Positions 13,357 through 28,502 of a stretch of DNA of 64,000 bases are shown piece by piece. The position numbers and the translations under genes are program-made. The notes beneath the pieces are model-generated. The model searched no databases. It saw only the letters and a program-made list of their open reading frames with translations, and had not been told where the DNA came from. Every line of letters begins with the position of its first letter. Position 1 is the stretch's first letter. This stretch comes from the human T2T-CHM13v2.0 reference genome, Homo sapiens, in assembly GCF_009914755.1 (NCBI RefSeq), contig NC_060932.1. One strand, given 5' to 3'.

Positions 13357-13948
13357 TTAACAAGTGTTGGGGAGGATGGAAAGAGTGTAAAATGGTGCAG
13401 CCACTATGGAAAAGGGTATGGCAGTTTCTTAAGAAATTAAAAATCATATGATCCAGGAATTCCACTTTTGAATATACCCCAAAAGAATTGATAGCAAGGC
13501 CTTGAAGGAATATTTGCATGCCTAGGTTCACAGCATCACTCACAACAATCAAAAAGTGGAAGCAACCCAAGCATCTACTGATGGATGAATGGATAACAAT
13601 GTGACACAACTAAAATAGATCATTCAGCTTTAAAAAGAAAGGAAATTCTGACACATGCTGTAACATGGATGAACCTTGAGTACACTACGCTAAGTGAAAT
13701 AAGCCAGTCACAAGAAAACAAATACTGTGTGATTCTACTTATGAGATGCCTGGGGTAGCCAAATTCTTAGAAAGTAACACAGTGGCTGCCAGGGTCTGAG
13801 TGGAGGTGTGAATGGGTTGCTTAATGGATATAGGGTTTCAATTCTGTAAGATGACGAGTTCTGGAGACTGGTTGCACAACAATGTGAATGAACTTAACAC
13901 TACTAAACTGTACAATTAAAAATGGTTAAGATGGCAAATTTTATATTA

Positions 13949-14388
13949 TAGATGCTCCTTAACTTACCATCAGGTTACATTCTGATAAAACCATCATAAG
14001 TTTAAAATATCTTAAGTTGAAAATGCATTTAATACACCTAACTTACATCATAGCTTAGCCTTCCCTACCTTAAATGTGCTCAGAACACTTATGTTAGCCT
14101 ACAGCTGAAGAAAATCATCTAACACAAAGCCTAGCTTATAATAAAACACTGAGTATCTCACACAACACTACAGAGTACAGCATCAGCTGTTTACCCTTGT
14201 GATTATGTTTCTGACTGGGGGATGTGGTCATTGGTGCTCCCCCACATCACAAAAGTATTGTGCCACTTATTGCTCATGTGGACAAAGATCAAAATTCAAA
14301 GTATGGTTTCTACCAAATGTGTATCACTTCCACACCATCGTAAAGTCAAAAAATCTTAAGTCTAAACATTGTGAGGGACAGTCACCTG
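13949..14388 (+). mobile_element. MER47 (TcMar-Tigger) inserted in the L1 3' end
   Basis: agatgctccttaacttac...gggacagtcacctg with TA flanks. Confidence 0.8.
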
Positions 14389-14463
14389 TATTTGCATTTT
14401 ACCACAATTAGAAATTTTTTTTTAAGTAACTTCAAATAACCATATTACCTTTATATTCCAAGA

Positions 14464-14577
<114 letters not shown>

Positions 14578-14868
14578 CTAAAAAGCAACCATCCATTAGA
14601 GTTTATTTTTCAGATTACTGGAAATTAGATTCCAGATTATAATATATAAAGACAAGGTAGAACACATGTTTTTGTTCACCCTTTAATTTAAACCCTACAT
14701 TTCCTAAGGGGTGGAGGTGGTGACAGATAAAAAGGAAGACAAAGTCTAAGAAACTGCTAAATTTGCAAAGAAAAGAATGGGGAATAAGGTGTCTATTTTG
14801 TTTTGTTCGAGGTTTCCGTACACAAAGGGTGGGTGGGGTTCAACAGAGAAAGAAAAAATGAAGATTCA

Positions 14869-15138
<270 letters not shown>

Positions 15139-15248
15139 TCATGCTACTTGATGGAGTAACGCAGTAAGAATCCTTTACCTGACCAGTTTTACTGCTTCAC
15201 TTCTATTTGAATTCCCAATTTCTTCCCAGTAATAAAATCAAGAGGCAG

Positions 15249-15579
<331 letters not shown>

Positions 15580-15632
15580 TCATTACATGTACGGTTAATT
15601 TGGACTCTCCCTACCTCACTTAGTCATCCATC

Positions 15633-16080
15633 TGACAGAGAGACAGCCAAGGGTCCTAGCAAAAACCCACCTTCAAGCCTAAAACAGCCTGAAGGCTGAA
15701 AGGCCAGACTGTTGGACCCAGATCCCACGACCCTGAGGGAGAGCTGCACATTTGCCCACCCTTTCAGGACTGATTCTTTTTGAGTAATGGCCACAGGCAC
15801 ACTGGGGGAACAGGGTGGAACCAGGAGAAGCTGCACCTTGTGCAGTGGGGAGGAGCCTAGTCTCTTCAGCTCCTGTGTGGTAGCCTAGTATTCAATCTGT
15901 GAGGTGGGGGCCTGTTAGCAGGACCCCCTCTTGCTTTGCTGAGAGTCTGTTTTCTTTTTTCCTTTTCACCCAATAAATTCAGCCCTCCTCACCCTTCAAT
16001 GTTTCCATGTGCCTAATTCCTCCTGGTCATGACACAAGAACCCAAATTTAGCTAAACTAAGGAGCAAAAATTCTGCATCA
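15633..16080 (+). mobile_element. ERV1-class solo LTR
   Basis: TG...CA termini, internal AATAAA (~15972), 4-bp TSD catc on both sides. Confidence 0.85.
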
Positions 16081-16255
16081 CATCCATCCCTTCTACAAAC
16101 ATTTACTTCATGCCCACTATATATGCCAGGCAGCAGGAATCTCAAGGACCAAAAGACTTTGTGTGCTTGTCTCTCCAAAGAGTCCCAAAGCATAGGTCCA
16201 CTTAGTGCTCCCACTCAGTGTTCCATCTCCTCTTTGCTCTCCCAGTTCTCCCTAA

Positions 16256-17220
<965 letters not shown>

Positions 17221-17867
17221 CCCTCTCCCTAACTTGCAAGGCTCAAATTCCACCTCCTCTATCAAATAGCTATGACCCACAATAACTGTGAACCACAACA
17301 TCCCCCAAAACCATTCTTTCAGTTATGTTCTATCTTGCAATGTCTTCTAATTTTTTTCACCTCCCCAACTTGACTCTAAGTTCTTTAAGAACAGAGATTT
17401 AGCTACATGCCTTTTGTGTCCTCCAAAGCACTTGAAACTCTACATTACCCAACACTGTACTGAATTTTATACACTGCCTCTTATTCAACAGGTCCTTTTA
17501 ATAACCTATTTGTGTGTCAGGCACCCAACAACAGGGTGCCACAGTAAACAAAAGACATGGTACCTGCCTTAATGAGGCTCACAGCCCAGTAAAGAACATA
17601 AACACTAAACAAAAATTAAATACAAAGAGTTATAAAAGCAAAGCTCTGAATTCTTTCATGGGGTATTATGACAAGCATGATAAACATATACATATTATCA
17701 AAAACATTTTTACGGAAAAGTTGTAAATGTGCAGCCTTTGATTAAAAATAAAGGGCATAACAAAATCCACATTAGGCAGAGTGTTAAAACGCAATTCTGT
17801 GACAATTACTCAAGGTGTCAAACAGAACTATAATCGGCCCACCATTCCTGCACGTTCCACACTCATG

Positions 17868-18022
17868 GATTCAAAATAATAAAAAATGCTACAAAATTAA
17901 AAATACAATATAAACTATTGACATAGCATTTACATTGCATTAGGCATTATAAGTAGTCCAGAGATGATTTAAAATATCGTCAGGGCTCCTGAACCAATTC
18001 CCCATGGATAGAGGGGCAGCTA
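17868..18022 (+). mobile_element. MER2/Tigger-type fragment
   Basis: catagcatttacattgcattaggcattataagt...gagatgatttaaa...aaccaattccccatggata. Confidence 0.65.
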
Positions 18023-18056
18023 TGCTGCCTTCCCAGCCCCTCTGCATACTAGCTTC

Positions 18057-18702
18057 TGTAATGGGTTGAATTGTGTTTGACCAAAACTCATGTGTTTAAG
18101 TCCTAACTCTCAGTACCTCAGAATCTAAACGTTTTTTGGAAATAAGGGCTTTATAACTAAGTTAAAATGAGGCCTTTAGGGTGGGCCCTAATCCAATATG
18201 AGTGATGTTCTTTTAAGAAATTCAGCAGGCCAGGTGTGGTGGCTCATGCCTGTAATCCCAGCACTTTAGCAGGCCAAGGCAGGTGAATCCCTTGAGCCCA
18301 GGAGTTCAAGACCAGCCTGAACAACGTGGCCATCTCTGAAACCTCATCTCTACAAAAAATATAAAAATTAGCCAGTTCCGGTGGTGTGTACCTGCAGTCC
18401 CAGGTACCGGGAGACAGAGTAAGACCCTGTTTCAAAGAAAGAAAAAGGAAAGAAGGAAAGAAAATGAAAAGAAGGGCAGAAAAAGGAAAGGAAGGAAAGG
18501 TAAAGGAAAAGAAAGGGAAAGAAGTTCAGCTACAGATATATGCCCACAGAGGACCCTGTGAAGACAAAGGGAGCCATCTACAAGCCAACAGAGGCCTCAG
18601 AAGATATCAACCCTGCCAACAGATTTCTAGCCTCCAGAACTGCGAGCAAATTTAAGGCACCCAGTCTGTGGTTCTTTGTTACGGCATTCCAGCAAACTAA
18701 CA
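18057..18702 (+). mobile_element. MLT1 (MaLR) LTR interrupted by Alu (~18228-18440) with GA-rich tail
   Basis: tgtaatgggttgaattgtg...gtgggccctaatccaatatga...tgtggttctttgttacggca...aactaaca. Confidence 0.8.
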
Positions 18703-18833
18703 AGCTTCATTTAAAGATGGAGGACAAGCTATAGTTCCTGTCACACTGAGGTGAGTGCAGAAAGGGTTAGAAAGAAACACATTACAAGGGGGAGTTTCTT
18801 TAAAAGATTTTTCAACCAAAAACACATACTTTA

Positions 18834-19488
<655 letters not shown>

Positions 19489-20597
19489 GGTAAAATAATA
19501 AAAGAAAAACTCAGAAAAGATATCAAAAGGAATTCTCATGCATAGTACATTTTACTACCTAGAGAGGCACAGCACGACAGTGGATGGATTCCTCCCACAA
19601 AGCCTAAGCTGTCTCTTGGCTTAGCCTGTTTCATCTTCCCCCCGCCCCCCATATACTGAGCGACCACCCTAAATAAACGCGACAAACTGCGGCACACTAG
19701 TAATGGACGAGCAAAGGCAACAAAAATCTTTCCAACAACAAGAAAAATAAGCAGTAGCTCCGCATTGGTAATTAACGATTGCAAACCCATTTATGCAACA
19801 CTTTCTCTTCTAAAAATTTTCTGTCCACTCGTTAAACCTTCGCGACAACCCTGTCAGATCATGAGGCAGGTGTTTTCCACGGTCACACGGTATACCATTA
19901 AAACCTGGACGGGAACGCGGCAAATACCATGAGGGCCCAAATTCCCTAACTGCTCCTTTGCCCAGCCTCACCTAAAGACCTAAGGGGCCTAAAAACTTTT
20001 GCGTCCCTGCTGGCCTTCAGCTAACGCGGCCGGGGGTAGGATGGGAAGCCGTGGGGCAAGGGAGGTTGCAGGAAGCCCATCCTTCCCCTCCTGCGGCAGG
20101 TACGGTGACCCTCCTCCAGTTTTCCAGCTCTAATTTAAAACGCTGCCACACAGCGAGCGACGCTGCCAGCTGCTTCGCCTACACTAACCCTTGCGCCTCA
20201 CGACCAGCTGCATTAGAAACCACCACCCCTTTTCTCACGGGAGAAACACCGGGGCCAGATAGGTCAAATGACCTCACCAAGGTCACAATGGCTGTGAAAA
20301 AGCGCAGCGGGTACCAGCCCCGGGCCAGCTCACTCCGAAGCCAGCTGGGTTCTCGAGGGTCCCGCAGCCCACCCGGCTTCGGTGGGGCCGTCGCAACCCA
20401 CCCCGGTCCGTGGTCCGCCCGCCGCCCTCCCTCAGGCCGCAGCGGAAGCGTGAGAGAGTAGATGCGGGAGAGGCCTGAAGCTGCACCACGGCGGAGACAC
20501 ACAGTCACGACTAAATCCGAGGCAGAGAGAAAGCGGGAGGGTGCCGTTGTGACAACCCGCAGTGTCGGGGTAGGGATGCAAAAGGGACCGGACTCAC

Positions 20598-20670
20598 CTC
20601 AACACCAACGTCCTTCCTGACTAAAGGAAAAACGAACCGTGCTGTAGCCGCGCGCAGGCGCAGAATAAGA
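20598..20670 (-). other. COX6C: COX6C exon 1 (non-coding); TSS approximate
   Basis: Donor GTTGAG|gtgagt at 20598/20597; sequence matches the recalled COX6C mRNA leader. Confidence 0.88.
20651..20662. promoter_or_regulatory. NRF-1 binding site
   Basis: CGCGCAGGCGCA fits the NRF-1 consensus YGCGCANGCGCR, typical of nuclear OXPHOS promoters. Confidence 0.8.
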
Positions 20671-21934
20671 GTGCACAGCGAGAACGCGGCGACGGTAGCC
20701 GAAGGAGTTCAAAAGACCTCTAGTGCGCCCACCGCAGGTGACAGCCGAAGTTCATTTCGTGGTCTGCTTCTTTCCTGTGTGACCTTGCAAAACGGGCTTG
20801 ACCTCCTTATTTATCGACCTCTTTATCTTCTTAGTAAATTGAAGATATTAGTCGTACTCATACACAGAGTCCCAAACCATGTGCACAAACCGACATTTTA
20901 ATTATAACCAACCTTACGCGAATAACCGTTTGGCTTGGGTAAAAGTGAAAAAGCTGACTTCTAGGAGCTCACAGCCCAGAAGATGAAAAAGACAAACAGA
21001 TTAATACCGATCCCATGCAGTGGGCACTACCACAGAGACGTGGCCCAGCTACTGCAGAAGCAATTCTCTACCTGGCAAAGCTGAGGACGTTTTGATAGAG
21101 GGGCGGTATTTTTGTGGGTTTCTTAAGAAAACAAGGATTTTGAAGGAAGGCAACTGGAAGTTCGTGGAAAGTGGTGTAGAAGGGTGAGGCTCTTGTGCCT
21201 TAATGATGCCAGGCTGTTTGTATTGAAATAACCTGAATTTTAAAAGCATTATTTAAGTCAACCCATCAAGCCCTGTGGAAGGTAGCTGGGACACAACAGA
21301 TGCATGATATTGAGTCGATATATACACTGAGTACCTACTATGTGCCAGATTCTGCTAAACAAGAGGACAGATCTTCGGGGAGTCTCATTCTGATCAGGGA
21401 GTCTTTGTCCTCAACCTATTAACCAACACTCTGGAGGGTGAAACCTGGCCACAAAGAAAGGTGCTCAATTGAGGTTCAAAAGTAGGTTTGGACTTTACCA
21501 ACGTTTTTCAGGCCTCTTATCAAGGGTCTACCCAGCTGAAAATCTTTGCATGGAATTTGTCCAGAGAGTAATTTGTTTCTACTCTCTTTCCATCCCCACC
21601 CCCAGAGAAGAAGTGGTGAACTTAAGAGTTCACAGGGATTAGTGTATGTGAAACCATCAGGGAAAGCTTCAGACAATACGTGGAAGAGATGGAAGCAGAG
21701 CTGAGTTTCAGTCTAATGGAAAGCCTGGAAAACTGGAGAAATTGGAGAGAAAACATTGGCTGGGAGAACATGGCAAAGACAGGCACACTCAGGGCACAGA
21801 GCCTGACCTGAGTGAAATACTGAGTGTTTGTTCTGTGCTTCCCTAGCTATCCAGTGAACCATAGTGAATGACTGAGGGTGACACGTGAATAAAACCTGAG
21901 CGATAGATGAAGAGAGACATGTTACATATAGGTT

Positions 21935-22340
21935 CTGTTCTAGAGCCGAACAGACCTGGATTTGAGTCCCAGCTCATCAACTTGTAGCGGCAAATTTCTT
22001 CATCTTTCTAAGTCTGCTTTCTCCTCTAAAAATAGTACCCATTTTGTTGGGTTGTGATGTAAATTAAATGGGATAATGTATATGCAGCTTGAGTATCCCT
22101 TATCTGAAATATTTGAGACCAGAAGTGTTTCAGATTTTGGATTTTTTCAGATTTTTGAGTATTTGCAGAATACATGCCAGTTGAGCATCCCAATCTGAAA
22201 ATCTGAAATCCAAAATGCTCCACTGAGCATTTCCTTGAGCATCACATCAGTGCTCAAAAAGTTTTGGATTTTGGAGCGTTTTGGATTTTGGATTTTCAGA
22301 TTAAGGGTGTTCAACCTATACAGTGCTTGACAAACAGACA
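21935..22340. mobile_element. MIR interrupted by Tigger4a/MER46 (22085-22318)
   Basis: MIR core agacctggatttgagtcccagctc; TIRs cagcttgagtatccct...agggtgttcaacct. Confidence 0.85.
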
Positions 22341-22473
22341 TTCTGAATATGCATTCCTCCCTGTGTTCTTTTGCCTGTCCTGCATTCCTTCAATCTTTCT
22401 TTTAGTAGCAGTGCTTAATCAATCCTTCATCACTTCTAGCCATGTGATTCTACAACAGTCAAATCTTATTCCA

Positions 22474-22770
22474 GACTGGGTGTGGTGGCTCACACCTGTA
22501 ATCCCAGCACTTTGGGAGGCCAAGGAAGGCAGATTACTTGAGCCCAGGTGTTGGAGACCAACCTGAGCAACATAGACCACCATCTCCATAAAAAACTTTA
22601 AAACTTAGCCGGGCATAGTGTGATTTATGCCTATAGTCCCAGCTACTCAGGAGGCTGAGGCTGGAGGATCACTTGAGCCCAAGAGTTGCAGGCTGTAGTG
22701 AGCTATGACTGCACCACTGTACTCCAGCCAGACAGAGTGAGACCCTGTCTTTAAAAAGAAAAAGAAAAAA
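22474..22770 (+). mobile_element. AluJ
   Basis: Dimer with A-tail; TSD ttattccag. Confidence 0.9.
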
Positions 22771-23574
22771 CATTATTCCAGTTGAGCAGATGACCCAAGA
22801 GTAGCCAAGCAATGTAGCCCATCCCCTTGGCCACAGTAATTTGTTGAGGATGGGCACAGGATTCTGGCCAGGCCAGTGAAACTCAATTCTATGACTTCTG
22901 TTGAAACTACTGGGGGAAAAGATATCTTTTTATAGAGAGAGGAGTTTGCATTGGGTTGCAGTAGGGGTCTTGCAGATCTGTGAGAGTATAAAGCCAGAGG
23001 GTACTGTGTGCCTATAATGTGCCAAGCACAGCACATGACAAAATGGCATGAAAAGCCTCATGAAGCTTTCATTCTAGTGGGCTTCGAGGAAAAAACCAAC
23101 AAAAATAAAAAATATATCTGAAGGAGGTAAGTGGAATGGAAACAACAGAGTAGGGGTAAAGAAAGTCTGTGTGAAGAGGTATCTTTTTATATTGAAAGGT
23201 TGATGAAACAACCCATGAAACAAGCCCATGGTCTTCACTAAACTAAAAGATGCCTCAGTGGAAAGACTAGGCTTGTTCTGCATAGCCCTAAGGAATAAAG
23301 TAGGATGGATGGGTGGAAGATACTGGGAGTTAGATGTCAGTTAAGTATTCCCCATGGCTAGAAATCAGTCCCTTTCAAGGTCATCCTCAACCAGAGACAC
23401 ATCCACTTGGGGGAGACAAGGATCCCTTAATTGGTAAAGAGGCATACCAACAGTCTTGTTCCCACTATATCTCTCCATTCTGGCCTTGACAATCACCAGG
23501 TCAGCATGTTACCTTAAAATGTGTTGATAAGATGCCACTTTTTAAATACAAACTTAGGGGGAAGTGGGGTCCAG

Positions 23575-24105
23575 GGTAGGGAAACAGCTGGTTGCATGGC
23601 AAGAGTGATGCCGTCTTGAAGAAAAACTGCCATGATGACCGATGTTTGACTACTGCATACCAAGGTGTTTCCATGGCATGGATAAACCCTCATAAAGATG
23701 TTTATCTAACCTCCCCAGTGGTCACAAGTTTTGCTAGAAAGTCTGAGGCATGACCAGCTGCATGTTTTACCAAAAAAGCTTGCTATATAGAGGATATTTT
23801 CTGGAGCACAGATGCGGGGATCTACCATCCCTCAGCCAACAGAGAGATTGTTTCTGTTCCTAAGTCCCTTTTAAATGTTTCTTCCTGAGAAACTGGATTT
23901 GTCAGTCTCTCTCTTCAGCCTTTGGGGGCAAGTTTGCATAGACCTGCTCACCACTGTTCCTTGTTAACTGTGAATCCTGTCCTTAGGACAAAAGACCCTT
24001 GACCATTAATCTTTCCCTTAGGCAGATTTATCAGCCTCTTTTTCAGCCTTTCAGCTTCCTCAGACTTTTGGGGGTAGGTTTGCCTAGGCTGCCTACCGCA
24101 GCACA
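23575..24105 (+). mobile_element. LTR47-like solo LTR plus a second copy of its 3' end (~24020-24105)
   Basis: gtagggaaacagctggttgcatggcaagagtgatgccgtcttgaag matches the recalled LTR47 start; the terminal cagcct...ggtttgc..acc motif occurs twice. Confidence 0.7.
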
Positions 24106-24584
24106 CCCAGGAACATGCTGGCTCCTCCATCACTATCCTGCTCTGAACATGCTTTTGAGAAAACCTGACCTCTCACCTGTGCTGCAGCCTTTCCTATTGT
24201 GGAAAGTGTATACAACACCTAGAAAGGCAAATTACAATGCCAAGAGCTAAAAGGAATGAAATGGACCCTGAAACAAATTAGGCAGTAGTCACTCGGAAGA
24301 GTGGAAAACTTTCAATCCTTTTGACCATAAGGTATATCACTAATACAGTATCAGTGGGAAGGGCCAGAAATAATTTTATGGATTAAGAAAATGTGAGGGG
24401 CTCAGAAGTTAAAAAGCAACAACAGAAACAAGCTCTATCTGAGGTAAAATAGCAGCAGCTGCAATATTTGACAAACCTCAGAGGTAGATCTACTGACTCT
24501 TACATATAATTTATTTCCACTTTCAAATTTAACAAATAATGAGAGTGTTGAGTCAGAGTTAGATCCTAGAGTTCAGAGACAACA

Positions 24585-24920
24585 GGCTGGGCATGGTGGC
24601 TCACACCTGTAATCCCAGCACTTTGGAGGCCAAGGTGGGAGGATAACTTGAAGCCAGGAGTTCAAGGCCAGCCTGGGCAATATAGTGAGACCCCCATCCC
24701 TATAAAAAAAAAACCAAAACTTTTTTTTTTTTTAATTAGCCTGGTGTGGTGGCTCATGCCTGTAGTCTCAACTACTCAGGAGGCTGAGGCAGGAGGATCA
24801 CTTGATCCCAGGAGTTCAAGACTGCAGTTAGTGAGCTACACTGCACTCTAGCCTGGGTGACAGAGTAAGACCCTGTCTCTAATGGAGAGATAGAGAAAGA
24901 GAGAGAGAGAGAGAGAGGCA
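24585..24920 (+). mobile_element. AluJ with (GA)n tail
   Basis: Alu dimer. Confidence 0.9.
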
Positions 24921-25648
24921 TTTTTCTCTTTACTATTCATTATTACCAAGAAAATCTAGGATTTCAGAGATGCAGCCCAATAATGTAACTAGACTTCCTA
25001 TTCTGCCTTCCCACTGATTAATAAATAAGAAATCACCAGCCAGATTCAACAGGGAAACTTATCTGAAAGTGGACAGGAAAAAAGGAGGCATATTCTTTCC
25101 CCTAGAATTATATTCTAAGAATTCAGTTGAGGATATGGACCATCACAAGGCTTGAGTCTGGGGTACTTTATTTGACCTGACTATATCCAACATGTAAATA
25201 AGGATCCAAGGGAACTCATAAGGGCTAATAAAACAATACTGTGGTTTCTTCTGTGATGTTGTTATTGACTAAGAAAATGCTGTGAGTGATGATCTGCAAA
25301 TGATCCCCTGCTCTTAAAGACTGATGACATTTAACATAGTTCCAGGTGAGGTGAGGTTTGCTGGCTCTACATGCCTCCAAAAACGGCAGCCTCTACCAGA
25401 GAGATCCTTCACTGTCACTGATGCTGTTTGGCATGGGGCTTGGGAGGCACAGGAAGACCGGATGTGGTTTAAGAAGGCACCTGGAGGAGTGTTCCAAGCT
25501 CATCAGCGGTAGCAGTGTCCCATATATAGAGTTTTCACTGCAGCTTATGACAAACAACAGGGACAGTTCAGAGGAAACCTGATTCATTTCTCAAAATGGT
25601 CCCACACCTCACCTTAAATAGGAGCGGCATGGTGAAAGTTCGTAATAA

Positions 25649-25993
<345 letters not shown>

Positions 25994-26052
25994 CAAATAA
26001 CTTCTTAAATCAGTTGTGTGATGAATAAGTATTTCCATGTAAAATCTTACCT

Positions 26053-26197
26053 AGGCCAGGTGCGGTGGCTCACGCCTACAATCCCAACACTCTGGTAGGC
26101 CAAGGCAGGAGGATTGCTTGACCCCAGGAGTTCAAGATCAGCCTGGGCAACACAGTAAGACCCTGTCTCTAATTTTAAAAAATAAAAATAAATAAAA
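26053..26197 (+). mobile_element. FLAM
   Basis: Single Alu monomer with A-rich tail. Confidence 0.85.
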
Positions 26198-26206
26198 TGT
26201 GTTAGA

Positions 26207-26653
26207 ACAGTGCTACCCAATGTAATTATAAAGCTAGCCATGCGGATAATGTTAAATTTTCTAGTAGCTACATTAAAAAAAGTAAAAAGACACAAATGAA
26301 ATTAGTTTTAATAATATATTTAACCCAATATAACCAAACTATTATTTCAATATGAAATTAACATAAAAATTATTAGATATTTCACATTCATTTTTCATAC
26401 TCAATCTTTAAATTCTAGTGTGTATTTTTCACTTACAGTACAGCAAGCCCTTGAATAACATCGTTTGGCTTAACACTGTTTCATTGTAACTTTGATTTAA
26501 ACAATCAATTCCTGGCTGAGGCCACTCTGTATGTGAAGTTTGCATGTTCTCCCCATGTCTGCGTGGGTTTTCTCTGGGTACTCTGGTTTCCTCCCACATC
26601 CAAAAGATGTGCGTGTTAGGAGGATTAGATGTCTAAATGGTTCCAGTGTGAGT

Positions 26654-26691
<38 letters not shown>

Positions 26692-27312
26692 CAGGGAGAG
26701 AGAGAGAGACAGAGAGAGAGTGTTCCCTTGGGATGGAATGGTGTCCTGTCCAGGATTGGTTCCTACCTTGTGCTCTGAGCTAGCTCCAACTTCCAATGAC
26801 CCTGAACTGAAATAATTGGGTAAATAATTATCTTACTTGTTTATTTTTTTTTAATTTATTCTTTTTTTTTTTTTGAGACAAGAGTCTTGCTATGTTGCCC
26901 AGACTTGTCTGGAACTCCTGGACTCAAGTGATCCTCTTGCCTCAGGCTCCCAAAGTGTTGGAATTACAGCCTGAGCCACTATGCCTGGCCTTGTTTTCAT
27001 TAATCTTTCCAAGATTTATGTATTTATTACATTTTGTATTACATTTATTTCAGTGTTTAATATTAGAAGTGTTTTGGTCCTTATTTAAAAGTTGATGAGG
27101 TTTTTGTAACCAGAAATATGCCGATGGAATTTACCTCTTGTTTATGTCAATTAGCCCATGGTAAAACTGGTTTTGTTGTACATCGTTTTGCTTAAAGTCA
27201 CAGTTTCCAAGAACCTATTAATGACATTAAGTGAGGACTTACTGTACGTCTCAATTCAAATTAGTCACATTTCAAGTTCTAAATAGCCATATGTGACTGT
27301 ATTGGATAGCAC
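26207..27312. mobile_element. MER33 (hAT-Charlie) interrupted by MER6A (26441-27244), which itself holds (TG)n(GA)n and a FLAM
   Basis: cagtgctacccaat...attggatagcaca ends; MER6 TIRs cagcaagcccttgaataac...aagtgaggacttactg with TA TSD. Confidence 0.82.
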
Positions 27313-27581
27313 AATGAGAACATTTTACTCATAAGAAAATGCTCATGAGCCATTGCTAAATGAAAAGGCAAGCTGCAAAGGTATGCCACGTGATCTAATT
27401 TTGTAACATGTGCATACACTTATACATATGTACTGTATATATAAGCAGGAAATAATACTGAAAGGGTATATACCAAAAACTTGTAATTTTTACATTTTAT
27501 TTTTATGCAATCCAAATTTTATCATGTCTTACTTTTATGGTTAGAAAAAAATAATAATAAATGTGATTTTTTAAAAAGAGG

Positions 27582-28476
27582 TGTATTTGCTTCCTATTGT
27601 TGCTGTAACACACTGCCACAAATGTAGTGGCTTAGAACCACACACATTCATTATCTTGCAGTTCGGTAGTTCAAAAGTCTGACACAGGTCTCACTAGATT
27701 CAACTTAATGCATCAGCAAGGTCGCATTCCTTCCAGAGGCTCTAGAAGAGGAAGAATCTGTGCCCTTTTCTAGCTTCAAGGGGCTGCCTGTACTTCTTGG
27801 CTCATAGTTCCCTTCTTTCATTTTCAAAGCCAGCTCCATCACATCTCTTCCTCTGCCTCTCCTTTTCTCCCTCCCTCTTCCCCATTCTCCCTTGTGATTA
27901 TATTGGCCCCACCTGGATAATGGAGACCAGTCTCCCTATTTTGGTGTCACCTGGTTAGCAAGCTTAATTCCACCTGCAATCTTATTTCCCTTTGCTATGT
28001 AACATATCATAATCCAGGGATCAGTACATAGACATCTTTGAAGGGCTGTTATCCTTCCTACCACAGGAGGTATGGTCATGATTAGTACTGTATAACTAAT
28101 ATTTCCATTCTCCTTTCAGACACACAGTAGGGTTATACTTCCTTGTTCCCTTCAAAGCAGCCACATGACTTGCTTTGGCCAATGCAATATGAGTGGAAGT
28201 GGCATGTGTCCTTTCCAGGTAGATGCTTTATAAGACAGCATGTGATTTACTACTTTCTCTTTGCCCTGCCTTTGATAGGATGGAAGTATTGAAGGAGATG
28301 GCACTTATGTCATCACCTATGTCTCACCTGGGTCTGTGAGACACTAGGATGAGCAGAGTCCTCCTACCAACCTGTGGTGGCCAGATATGGTGAGGGAGAA
28401 ATAAGTGGTATGTCACTCCACTGAGCTTCAGGGGTTGTTTGGTCCTACAGACAAATAGCTCATCCTGACTGGTACA
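27582..28476. mobile_element. Two adjacent MLT1 LTRs (MLT1C/D-like minus ~27582-28065; MLT1J-like plus ~28070-28476)
   Basis: tgtatttgcttcctattgttgctgtaaca...cctaccaca; gccacatgacttgctttggccaatg...tcctgactggtaca. Confidence 0.7.
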
Positions 28477-28502
28477 GGAGGTTAAAAAAAATACAAGTAT
28501 CT

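Larger units (their letters stand above)
6420..14425 (+). mobile_element. Near full-length, degraded L1MB/L1M4-type LINE-1 filling COX6C intron 3, with nested Alus and MERs
   Basis: 5'UTR-like ~6420-7300, ORF1 remnants ~7300-8000, ORF2 EN/RT remnants ~8700-13600, L1MB-type 3' end ~13600-13945 and 14390-14420. Possible degenerate TSD aagtagtttca/aagtaacttca. Confidence 0.85.
19990..20770. promoter_or_regulatory. COX6C: CpG island / COX6C promoter
   Basis: High GC and CpG density around exon 1. ETS/GABP-like GCGGAAG at ~20441; weak CTCF-like motif at ~20714-20729. Confidence 0.9.

Noticed and set aside
20051-20508. 136-aa (+) and 109-aa (-) ORFs in the CpG island
   Set aside because: Expected in GC-rich DNA; the starts are non-ATG and there is no recognisable homology. 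They lie in COX6C intron 1.
20720-20760. Plus-strand CAG|GTGACA as the donor of a divergent lncRNA exon
   Set aside because: Weak donor and no downstream exon can be supported from sequence alone.
25324-25587. Cluster of short ORFs in non-repetitive sequence, possible processed pseudogene
   Set aside because: No recognisable protein, poly(A) tail or TSD.
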